Origin: an uncultured Gammaproteobacteria bacterium | Lineage (GTDB): Bacteria > Patescibacteriota > Patescibacteriia > UBA11705 | Assembly (NCBI GenBank): GCA_964592195.1 | Contig: CAZQEI010000003.1 | Span: 20,174 to 84,173, forward strand | Direction: 5' to 3' | DNA: 64,000 bases | In this document: one piece after another, positions 40,855 to 49,837 of the stretch | How positions within the stretch are numbered: position 1 is the stretch's first letter | Layout of the letters: each line of letters starts with the position of its first letter | Program-made: the position numbers and the translations under genes | Notes under the pieces: model-generated | Databases searched by the model: none | What the model was told of the DNA's origin: nothing | What the model saw: only the letters and a program-made list of their open reading frames with translations

Positions 40855-41820
40855 CTACACTCTGACGTTACCAAATTTATTAATTGATAAAAATACTTTA
40901 TGCATAGAAAAACTATCTAAAGAAGGTAAAATATCATAATTTAACACCCTAGGTTGTGTTAACTGTTGAGAATTATCGTCTTTAAAGTCACAAACATAAG
41001 GATAAACAGTTGTTCCCATTGTTTTATTGAAAAAGAATGAACTGGTCATCAAATTATTAGAAGTTTTTCTAGATGCCGGCAACACCGCTTTATCATATAT
41101 AACTTCAACAAGTCTAGGCACAAATCTTCTAAGAACAGGATAGTCCATAATCAAAGGTCCATTTTCTTGTGTAAACAACTGGTTGCTAACATCCAAATCA
41201 AATTTTTCCAGTTCCTCAAGTTTAAGATCACCTAACATCTCAACAAACCATTTATAAAACTCGCGATTATTATCAGTATCAGGGACAGGAATTGGTTCTC
41301 CGCACAAAGCCCAACCACGCCGAGGAGTTGCAACATAATTATATTTATCTTGAAGACTGCTAATCAAATCATCGACTTGGTATTGAGAAGTTAGAAAGCG
41401 AAAAAGATAACGTAAGTTGATAAAACTCATTGATCCATCAGACTGAGTCGCTATATCCCACCTTAAAATTAAATACTGGCCCTTCTCCTTTGCCAATCGC
41501 AATTCTTCCGTAGAAAACGGGATGGGAGGAATTTGGTCATTTGATATTTCAATTCCTAAAGTCTTTTTAATCTCAGCCGGACCGAAAAAATTTTCATTCC
41601 CAATTACCTCTCGAGCCAGTCTCAAACTCATTTCTTTTTCACTATCTCCCGTAGAGGTCAAACGCTCCAATTGTTTTAACATAAACTTCACCTGTTCCGG
41701 TGACGGTGGTTTACCATTATTTCCCTTAACAATATCATGCAAGAGACTCGAAACTTCCGCGTAGGTGTGAGCTACGGGTGAATTGTCAGGTAAAGTTAAA
41801 TATGATTCACTTCTTGGCAT
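40855..41820 (-). CDS. family-A paralog 4
   Basis: N-module MPRSESYLTLPDNSPVAHTYAEVSSLLHDIVKGNNGKPPSPEQVKFMLKQLERL. Confidence 0.75.
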   Translation of the reverse strand: MPRSESYLTLPDNSPVAHTYAEVSSLLHDIVKGNNGKPPSPEQVKFMLKQLERLTSTGDSEKEMSLRLAREVIGNENFFGPAEIKKTLGIEISNDQIPPIPFSTEELRLAKEKGQYLILRWDIATQSDGSMSFINLRYLFRFLTSQYQVDDLISSLQDKYNYVATPRRGWALCGEPIPVPDTDNNREFYKWFVEMLGDLKLEELEKFDLDVSNQLFTQENGPLIMDYPVLRRFVPRLVEVIYDKAVLPASRKTSNNLMTSSFFFNKTMGTTVYPYVCDFKDDNSQQLTQPRVLNYDILPSLDSFSMHKVFLSINKFGNVRV

Positions 41821-41821
41821 A

Positions 41822-43219
41822 TTAAATAAAACGTTCCACGGATTTGGGATGATAAATTCTTAATCCTGCCAAAACAACTCCCAGCGGTATCCACATTCTC
41901 GGTAAATAGTATGAGGTAGAAAATAACTCAAAGAAAATTATTCCCACTGTTAACATTATCAAACACAAAATATAATATCTTTCTTGTTCACGAAACGCCT
42001 GGAAATAGGCACGGACTAAACTGGTTATAATATAGATTAATAAACCGCAGAAACTAATTAAACCTAAAATACCTTGTTCAACAATTAACTTTTGCACAAA
42101 ACCATGAGAATCCAGAGGATCGCCAAAATCCACCACGTAAACAAACGTTGCCCCAATAATATTCATAAACGATCCGACACCATTACCAATAATCGGATGT
42201 TCTAGAAAAGCGTTCCAAGCAATCTCGGACAACGCCAAACGGTTAACATTGGAACTTTGCACGAAGTCAATATTTTGCCAAACAGAGAAATATATAGTTA
42301 ATGGAATCGCAATAATTAAAACCAAGGTACTCCAAAAAACTTTTGGTTTAATTCTTTTTTTCAACCAAAACACCGAAAATATTATTATCTCCAATAACAA
42401 AGCTAAATATCCAGAACGTGATAAAGTTAACAATAGAATTAACAACAAAAATATAATAGACAACAACCACCAACCTTGACCGCGATAGGAATGCGTTTGA
42501 GGTAATAAAAATAAAATTAAAGGTAACGTCACAACAATAATTTCCGCCACCGCATTTTGATTGCCACCCACTGGTTCAAAACCAGAGAAGTTGAATGGCA
42601 CCGCGCGCCCAATAAACGATTGATTATTACTAAATAAAACAGAAAGTGCACCTAAAAATCCAACTATCAAACCCGTTACAATCATTATTTTCAAAACCCG
42701 TTTAAATTGATCAGAGGTTTTTATTAGATTAAAAGGTAAATACACAAACATTAAATAGAAAAAAGCTAATGGACGTAGTAAATACTTAATGGCTAAACCA
42801 ATAAATTCAGCATTGAACATGGACAATAAACCGGACAACAAAAAAGCCACAATAAATAATACCCCTGGGAAATCTTTTAACCGCGGTTTCGCCGTCTTCC
42901 AGTTAACCATGGTTTTAACTATAAACCCAACCAATACTAGGATAGCCATCAAATCCACATAAGGCACATTCACTGATCCCCAAACAAATTGCCAACCAAT
43001 ATAGGGATACAAGAAAATCATTAAATAAAAAAGCCACTGATTCAAAAATATCCCAGCGGCCACGCCAATAATTACAACGTTAATAAAACCCAACAATTTC
43101 CAATCAATCAAATTGACGGCAATTAAATTGAATAAAACCAAAACAAACAACGAAGACAATAACCACTTGGCTGATAGCTCTGCCAGTTTTTCTTTATGCC
43201 AAAAATTGAGTAAATTCAT
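41822..43219 (-). CDS. O-antigen ligase / O-oligosaccharyltransferase family (Wzy_C) membrane protein
   Basis: ~12 TM; periplasmic loop NRLALSEIAWNAFLEHPIIGNGVGSF and HGFVQKLIVEQGILGL resemble Wzy_C motifs. Confidence 0.65.
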   Translation of the reverse strand: MNLLNFWHKEKLAELSAKWLLSSLFVLVLFNLIAVNLIDWKLLGFINVVIIGVAAGIFLNQWLFYLMIFLYPYIGWQFVWGSVNVPYVDLMAILVLVGFIVKTMVNWKTAKPRLKDFPGVLFIVAFLLSGLLSMFNAEFIGLAIKYLLRPLAFFYLMFVYLPFNLIKTSDQFKRVLKIMIVTGLIVGFLGALSVLFSNNQSFIGRAVPFNFSGFEPVGGNQNAVAEIIVVTLPLILFLLPQTHSYRGQGWWLLSIIFLLLILLLTLSRSGYLALLLEIIIFSVFWLKKRIKPKVFWSTLVLIIAIPLTIYFSVWQNIDFVQSSNVNRLALSEIAWNAFLEHPIIGNGVGSFMNIIGATFVYVVDFGDPLDSHGFVQKLIVEQGILGLISFCGLLIYIITSLVRAYFQAFREQERYYILCLIMLTVGIIFFELFSTSYYLPRMWIPLGVVLAGLRIYHPKSVERFI

Positions 43220-43259
43220 ACTCGATCGGGTATTAAGTTATGGTGAAATTATACCATAA

Positions 43260-43440
43260 TTACCAAGCATCTACAAATCAATTACAAATCTACGAACACG
43301 ATTAAATACATGGCTACGGATGCTACCGATTGCAAAAATTAATAAGTTCTTCTACCGATGCTACTGATACAATAAACTAATTATCAAATAATTCTTCGAT
43401 CCGTAGTATCAGTAGTATAGATCTGTAGCATCTGTAGTCA
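43260..43440. repeat. CTACAGATGCTAC / CCGTAG short tandem and inverted repeats
   Basis: read directly; related arrays at 4645-4750 and 24755-24830. Confidence 0.6.
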
Positions 43441-43471
43441 TGTAATCTGGCTCGGGATAATTCAACAAATG

Positions 43472-43500
43472 AAAAAGCCCCGACGATAACGGGGCCTTAG
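43472..43500 (-). terminator. intrinsic terminator GCCCCG-N8-CGGGGC-TTTTT (minus strand)
   Basis: perfect hairpin + U5 immediately after stop of GC-rich gene. Confidence 0.7.
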
Positions 43501-43522
43501 TTGAGAACGTTAAAGAACTTGA

Positions 43523-45852
43523 CTACTTGTTACAGGACAGCCCGTAGAAGTGAGCCGTCTGCTTACCGCCACCGTCAGGGTGCGCGGTAATGGTGGGGGT
43601 GGAACTGCACTCGAGGAGGGCCTTGTCGCCGCTTCCCCACACGCAGTTGAAGTCGAACACGGGAACGGGAGAATCCCAGCTGCAGAGGTCTCCGACGGTC
43701 GAACCGGTGAAGGTGCCGCCGTTCACGATCTGGATCGAGGTCTGGCCGTGCCACACCATGACCGCATCGTATCCGGACGGACACGTGATCTTGCACGTGA
43801 CCTTGCTGGGATCGACATCGCACTTGCCAGCCACGCAGGACAGGGATCCGCACTCGGAGTCTGTCGTGCAGGAACTGGTGAAGGCGCAGGTGTTGGCGAC
43901 GCAGTGATCGTAGGTCAGCGGGTTGTTGTCGTTGCACTGGCTGTCGCTGGAGCAGGTCTTGCACAGCGACTGCACATCATGATGGCACTGGGTGCCGGTA
44001 GAGAACATGTTGGTACCGACGCAGGAGTCGACCGTGCACGCGTCGCCGTCGTTGCAGTCGAGGCTGTCGAGGCACTCGCCGCAGAACGCGCGCGAGTACT
44101 TCTGGAGCGACGTGGCCGTGTAGTCGGCGTAGAGGCAGGTCAGCGGCAGATTGCCACCGCATCCCAGATCCGCGACTCCCACGTCAGGCGTTCCCGAGGT
44201 CGGCACGTACGGCTTGCACGCCTGGCAGAACTTCTGTCCGCCATGGTACGAGTCGGTCGTGCAGTAGTGACCGGTGGCGTTGCCCACGCAGTCGGCGTCG
44301 GTATCGCACTGGGTCAGGTCGGCCTGGCAGTTGGTCTTGGCCACGAACTGGCACTGACCGGCGTTGCAGGTATCGGTGGTGCAGAACTGGCCGTCGTCGC
44401 AGTTGACATCGGCCACGCACTCGCGGCACTGGTTGCCTTCGCACCCGAGGGGGCACTCCAGCAGATCCGAGTACTCGCAGAGGCCGTCGGTCTGGCACTC
44501 GCCGCTCGCCTTGGCCAGGTGAGCGGCATCCACGCAGTAGTCCTGGTCGAGGCACTGGCTGTCGGCGGTGCACTTCTTGCACACCAACTTCATCGGGTGC
44601 TGGCATTCGCCATCGACACACGAATCGTCGGAGCACGGGTTCGCGTCATCGCAGTCGGCGTTGTTCACGCAAGCACCGAGGCACTTCGCGTTCTCGCAGC
44701 CGTTCGCGCAATGCTGCCACGTCCGCTGACACACGCCCTCGATACACTCACCGTTGAAGGTGTAGAGCACCGTGGTGGCGGTGGTCGAGCAGACCTTGGC
44801 GTTGTTCTGGCACTGCGAATCGTTGACGCACGCCGTGCAGTTCTCGATATCCGAGTAGAAGCACCGGGCCGCGTCGCAATATCCAGTCTGACACGCGTTG
44901 CCTTCGTTGCAGTCGATGTCGGCTGCACACTGAGGCGGCAGAACGTGGCAGTTCGGGATCGCGACGTGCTTGCACACGCCGCTGTTGAACGAATCGGTCG
45001 TACACGCGTCACCGTCGTCGCAGTTGAAGTCGACGCAGGCGCCGTTGACGCAGTACTCCCAGGTCGCCCCTGAAGTGCACGGCACGTAGTCCGGCTTGTC
45101 ATGCCGAACGCACGTACCGTTCACGCACTTGTCCGGGAGCGTGTTGTCCGCGCCCGTGCAGGGGTTGTGGTCGTCGCAGTCGAGGTCGGTCGCGCACTGG
45201 TTGCACGCGCTCAGAGGCGTGTGCGAACACGAATACGAATCCGTCCCCGTGCTGGTGCACACGTCCGCCGTGCACGGGTTGTTGTCCGAGCACACGATCG
45301 ACGAGTTGACGCACTGGCCGTTGATGACCGCGTCGGCCGTGCACGGGTTGGCGTCGTAGCAGCCGCCCGCGACGGTGTTGTTCTTGCACTCGACGGAATG
45401 GCACAGGCCATTCTCTCCGCCGATGAAGCAACCTTGACCGTCGGGCTTCGCCGCTCTGGCGCACTGTTCGTTCACGCAGGCGTCGAGCGTGCAGGTGTTG
45501 CCGTCTTCACACGCAACCGGGTTGCAGACCACGGGGGTGGTCTCTTCCTCGGTCTCGTTGGTGTCGACGGACTGCAGATCGCAACCTCGCGGGCCGCACT
45601 GCGGATTCGTGTCGGTGGGATCGGTGGTGTCGGCAGGCGAAACATCGCAGCCTCGCGGGCCGCACACTTCGACCGAAGCCTCGTCCGTCACGTCACCCGA
45701 CGTGCCGGGGTGAAAGGGCTCGGGAGTGTCCGACTCATCGGTCACGTCCGCGCCATTGCCGGGGTTGTTGGGATCGTTGGCTTCCGAACCGGTCACACAA
45801 CCGGCGAGCGCGAGCACCAGAACCGCGAGCAGAGCGAAAACGGACAGCTTCA
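43523..45852 (-). CDS. GC-rich (~62%) cysteine-rich-repeat lipoprotein (Myxococcus-type D-x-N-x-C-T-x-D-x-C-x-x-G-x-C repeats)
   Basis: lipobox LALAGC; >15 repeats of DxNPCTxDxCxxGxC; RBS AAGGAGGG before ATG 45852; ORF 43523..45904 extends further upstream. Confidence 0.7.
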
Positions 45853-46178
45853 TGGACCCTCCTTGCATCCAGACCTTCGAGAAGGGCTGGACTTCCCGGT
45901 TCAAACGGGAATCGGTTGTACAGGAACACTCTGGGTGTTAAGCCCATTAAGATTTACCCGAGTTATTCACAGTCAAATTGGACAGACCTAGCCAAAGTCG
46001 TAAAATATCAATATTAGACACCAGTAATCTCAGTCGTTTTTTCCGGTAAATTTTAATGTTTTTAACTATATAGTATAGCAAATTTTTAGCATTTTGTCAA
46101 CCATTTTCAACACCCAACAACCCTTAGTGTTCTTTGACTACAAACAATGGCTAAAATTAGCCAAAAAGGAGGCGCCAC

Positions 46179-46673
46179 TTGGCCAGTGCCAGTACCAATC
46201 CTCACCAGAAAACTAAGCATCACCTCTACCCCACCTCCAGATGCAAAATCAAGGAAGTTAAAGGTCGAAAAAACCTTCGTGTGGTAGAGCGTCGCTTTCA
46301 TGAGGCTTGGCACTCACTATTTTACAACATGACACCCTTTGAAATCGTAGCCGGCATCATCAGACTGTGGGCGCCTGAAGGTTATTTCACCAAAGCCAAA
46401 ATTGTGGCTGAATGGGAAGACTGCCAATACGAATTCATTCTAGATGGTCCTCTGGATTTTCAATCAGAACGCATTCTCGCTTGTTATGAAAATTCCGTAT
46501 TAAAAAAGAAGCATCTATGGCATGTCTTGTTCCGGAATAAATCATTCCTCGATGTCATCAGTGAAGTCGTCAATGTCTGGGCCCCTCCGGATTTTTTTGA
46601 ACTAGTGGAAGTGGAAGCGAAAGAGAAGAATCAAGTATTGAAGTTTTCTTATGAAAAGAAACAACTGTCCTAA
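46179..46673 (+). CDS. hypothetical protein (TTG start after AAGGAGG RBS)
   Basis: 164-aa ORF. Confidence 0.4.
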   Translation: MASASTNPHQKTKHHLYPTSRCKIKEVKGRKNLRVVERRFHEAWHSLFYNMTPFEIVAGIIRLWAPEGYFTKAKIVAEWEDCQYEFILDGPLDFQSERILACYENSVLKKKHLWHVLFRNKSFLDVISEVVNVWAPPDFFELVEVEAKEKNQVLKFSYEKKQLS

Positions 46674-46682
46674 ATGGGGCAG

Positions 46683-46880
46683 TTTTTTGTTGAGCTACGA
46701 ATAACAAATCAGCTACGAATCTACGTATCGGAAAACTTAAACGCTATAGCTTTAAATCTGATTTCTTACAAATGAAACTGTTTTTGTTGAGCTACGAATA
46801 ACGTATCCGCTACGAATCTACGTATCGGAAAATTGTAACACTACAAATTTAAATCTGGTTTTGTAAAGACAGAAATACTA
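46683..46880. repeat. 2 x ~100-bp tandem units each containing GCTACGAATAAC...GCTACGAATCTACGTATCGG
   Basis: read directly. Confidence 0.65.
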
Positions 46881-47263
46881 TTCAAAACACGTTGGAACTT
46901 AACACCCTCCTTAGTTAAACAAAACAAAATGCCAAGTTCGTGTCCCGTGCTTGATAAATATTTTTTAACCTGATCATAATCACTTTTCAATAATCTTTGT
47001 TTTACTTTTAATTCAACAACAATTTTACCTTCAACTAAAAAATCTAAATAATAATACCCAACTCTTTTTCCAGCATATTCTAACTTCTCATAAACTTGCT
47101 CTTTGTATTTGATCCCTTGCTGATCAAAAGCAGCTGCAAAAGCATTTTGATAAACACTTTCCGGATGATCTGGTCCAATTGTGTTAAATACATTAAAAGC
47201 AATTTTTACAATTCTATAACTTAAATCTGGATATAATATATTAGTATTATTTAATGTGCCCAT
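46841..47263 (-). CDS. GxxExxY-family protein
   Basis: YRIVKIAFNVFNTIGPDHPESVYQNAF ... GYYYLDFLVEGKIVVELK resembles GxxExxY/PD-(D/E)xK-like family. Confidence 0.5.
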   Translation of the reverse strand: MGTLNNTNILYPDLSYRIVKIAFNVFNTIGPDHPESVYQNAFAAAFDQQGIKYKEQVYEKLEYAGKRVGYYYLDFLVEGKIVVELKVKQRLLKSDYDQVKKYLSSTGHELGILFCLTKEGVKFQRVLNSISVFTKPDLNL

Positions 47264-47267
47264 ATTA

Positions 47268-47450
47268 TTTGTATATACACAGCTGATTTGTTATTGGTAG
47301 AAAGTCACAATTTTAATTTTATACATAATATTCGTAGATTCGTAGCTGATTGGTTATTGGTATAGGAAGTCACAATTTTAATTTTATGCATAATATTCGT
47401 AGATTCGTAGCTGATTTGTTATTGGTAGGAAGCCACAATTTTATAATAGA
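47268..47450. repeat. ~2.7 x 62-bp tandem repeat (AGCTGATTTGTTATTGGTAGAAAGTCACAATTTTAATTTTATACATAATATTCGTAGATTCGT)
   Basis: read directly; contains ATTCGTAGATTCGTAGC motif. Confidence 0.7.
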
Positions 47451-47457
47451 TAAACTT

Positions 47458-47889
47458 CTAACCAATTCGCTCCCAACTTTCCACATTACCTCTAACAACA
47501 ATAAACAACGGATGTGGTTCAACTTTGTTTGTTAATTTAATTTCTTCAAACTGAACAGAATTTCTGTCTTTCAATTTTGTTAATAAATGTTGCCATTCGA
47601 AATCAATCTGTCCGCTTGTAACAGGAATTTGACTTATTAATTTATTATCAGCAAATTTACTTTGGTCAAACTTATATCGCCGACGAACACTTTCTTCAAA
47701 GATTACCGACAAATAATTATCAATAAAATAAACAGGATCATCCATTTTTTTAAATCGAATTAACTGCGGATGATTTTTATAACCAATAGTGTTGCCCAAT
47801 AAAACTTTTTTCGCCAACAAAGCCTCTCGCCAAACAGCGACTAAACCGGCGGGATCTAAATATTTTGGATGCAGACTCCACAATCTCAT
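47458..47889 (-). CDS. pyrimidine-dimer DNA glycosylase-like (T4 endonuclease V / Pyr_excise family)
   Basis: N-terminal MRLWSLHPKYLDPAGLVAVWREALLAKKV parallels T4 endoV [26 protein letters not shown]. Confidence 0.5.
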   Translation of the reverse strand: MRLWSLHPKYLDPAGLVAVWREALLAKKVLLGNTIGYKNHPQLIRFKKMDDPVYFIDNYLSVIFEESVRRRYKFDQSKFADNKLISQIPVTSGQIDFEWQHLLTKLKDRNSVQFEEIKLTNKVEPHPLFIVVRGNVESWERIG

Positions 47890-48254
47890 ATTTCAAAACT
47901 TATAGAATAAAATTTCATTATTAACCAAGCATGAATCAACGTTGCCACCATTAAAACCACAATATACACAATTTGACTTTTCTTATGCCGAAAAACAATC
48001 ATCCCCAACCACCCGCCAACAAAACCACCGACCAATGATAAACCATTCAAAATTATATTCGGAATTCTTAAGGCTCGACTGGTGGCGGCTAATTTATCGT
48101 AGGCGTAAAAAAAGAAAGTTAACAAACCACTTGTCATTAACCAAACTAAATACAAAGACCATCGCGTATACCACCAAATTCCCAAACCAAAAATCAACGA
48201 TAACGCTACGCTTGCAATTAACCAAAATTTGTATACGTTAAAATGTTTTCTCAT
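47886..48254 (-). CDS. DUF1294-family small membrane protein
   Basis: FFYAYDKLAA...RIPN..L...GG.VGGWLGM.VFRHKK.K motif; 3 TM; 6 nt downstream of family-B paralog 1. Confidence 0.55.
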   Translation of the reverse strand: MRKHFNVYKFWLIASVALSLIFGLGIWWYTRWSLYLVWLMTSGLLTFFFYAYDKLAATSRALRIPNIILNGLSLVGGFVGGWLGMIVFRHKKSQIVYIVVLMVATLIHAWLIMKFYSISFEI

Positions 48255-48260
48255 AATTTT

Positions 48261-49835
48261 CTATTTCTTTGGCGTTGGTAGCTGTATTTGTTTAATGGAA
48301 ATTTTTCCTTTGATACAATCGAGATAAAAATATTTTCCTTTTGAATAAACCACCTTCCAATTTCCAACACTTGGCTGATCACTACGTTTACCATCTATCC
48401 ACAAAAAATTATCATCTACACAACTCCAAAAAACATGTTCCCCCGACGCACAGAACTTTGAGACTTCACCTTTTGGCATTTCAACTTTTACATTATCAAT
48501 ATATAAATAGTTGACCCGATCACTTTTCGGAGTACCCACATCTTCACTAACATAAAACAATGATCCTTTATGACCCAGAACTTCTATTGGTTTTTCTGTA
48601 GAGTAAACTCCGTTAAAATCACCAACAATACGAGTATCATCAACATTAAAACGAACCTCGGAAAAACCGTCACCACAGATGATGTAATCCAAAGTACCAC
48701 CCAAGTGATGTTGCGAAACCATAACCAATCTGCCATTGGATATACTTTTTTTTAATATCAGAGTATCCGGAGGATTCAGTCTTTCTATGTGATGACTACC
48801 TTTGACAAATTTATAAACATCTTGGTAAGCAACTCTACTGCTTTTCTTTCTACTATTTAAAATAAAATAAAGATTATCACCATTTGTAATTATTTCACCA
48901 ATGGTTAAGATATTTCCATCATGTCGATCATGTATCTGTGTCTCAATTAAATTATTCCCTCCAGTTAAATCATTAACAAACACATCATATAATTGTTTTG
49001 AAGGACTAAAAATTGACTGGAGACAACATAAATTCCCATCATAAGTAAAAGGCAAACTAAAATCATCCAATTTCGAATCAGATTCTATCTCGTTATTACC
49101 CAATACCAATTTTCGTCCTTTGTCTTTGCGATTATTACTGACATAAGCCAATCGCCCGTCAACCATTCCGACTTTTTCATATTGTTGTTGATTCTTAGTT
49201 AATAAACTTCCGTCTAAGTCAAGCACCATACCAACATCAATATCTCTATACTTGCCTAAAAAAGCTTTTAACTCATTATTTTCATCGGTCACTGGATTCA
49301 TCGTACCGCTCGGCGTATCGGATAAATTCTCATCCCCAATATGCTTCCCCTCCGCATCAACAATATCACCTCTTAATTGTTGACCTTTATCCAGATATTT
49401 AAAATAAAAGCAGGGACGACCGTTATATATAATCGGTTGACGTTCAACCACTCGTTGATTCCTATCACAAGGAAACTCATTTAAACGTTTTCCATCAATA
49501 TTAATTAACCCCGAAGATTTGCCATCTCTGGTAATCAAATCAAAAAACACTTCATCGTTAACCACAATAAGATCATCAGTCAAATTGGCTGTTTTGAATT
49601 CAGTGCCAGTCAAATCAATGGTGGCTTCATGAATAAATCTGGGCTCAGGAATTATCTCTTCCGTCATCCCTTCCACCTCCCTCAGCAACTCCGTGACAAA
49701 TCTCGGATTACGGGCGCTAAGTCCGGCGGCTTTTCTTTTAGCCACTAATTCGCGCAAACGTTCAGAACGTTCAGCGTAGTTTAATATTTGATCTTTATCT
49801 GTTGAATCCAATGTTAGGCTTAAATACTCACCCAT
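48261..49835 (-). CDS. family-B paralog 1 (N-module + WG-like beta repeats + conserved C-terminus)
   Basis: MGEYLSLTLDSTDKDQILNYAERSERLRELVAKRKAAGLSARNPRFVTELLREVEGM ... LWIDGKRSD..WKVVYSKGKYF. Confidence 0.8.
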   Translation of the reverse strand: MGEYLSLTLDSTDKDQILNYAERSERLRELVAKRKAAGLSARNPRFVTELLREVEGMTEEIIPEPRFIHEATIDLTGTEFKTANLTDDLIVVNDEVFFDLITRDGKSSGLINIDGKRLNEFPCDRNQRVVERQPIIYNGRPCFYFKYLDKGQQLRGDIVDAEGKHIGDENLSDTPSGTMNPVTDENNELKAFLGKYRDIDVGMVLDLDGSLLTKNQQQYEKVGMVDGRLAYVSNNRKDKGRKLVLGNNEIESDSKLDDFSLPFTYDGNLCCLQSIFSPSKQLYDVFVNDLTGGNNLIETQIHDRHDGNILTIGEIITNGDNLYFILNSRKKSSRVAYQDVYKFVKGSHHIERLNPPDTLILKKSISNGRLVMVSQHHLGGTLDYIICGDGFSEVRFNVDDTRIVGDFNGVYSTEKPIEVLGHKGSLFYVSEDVGTPKSDRVNYLYIDNVKVEMPKGEVSKFCASGEHVFWSCVDDNFLWIDGKRSDQPSVGNWKVVYSKGKYFYLDCIKGKISIKQIQLPTPKK

Positions 49836-49837
49836 AT

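Noticed and set aside
21740-45960. Both GC islands as evidence that the whole contig is a chimera or contaminant
   Set aside because: Not adopted as the primary reading. Each island is one complete gene with its own RBS and terminator, flanked on both sides by continuous native-looking sequence. One island encodes a homolog of its neighbour. Assembly error stays an explicit alternative that needs read-level checks.
43550-45991. Long antisense or alternate-frame ORFs (up to 507 aa) inside the GC-rich lipoprotein gene
   Set aside because: High GC depletes stop codons in all frames. Only the minus-strand frame encodes a coherent lipoprotein with RBS, lipobox and repeats.
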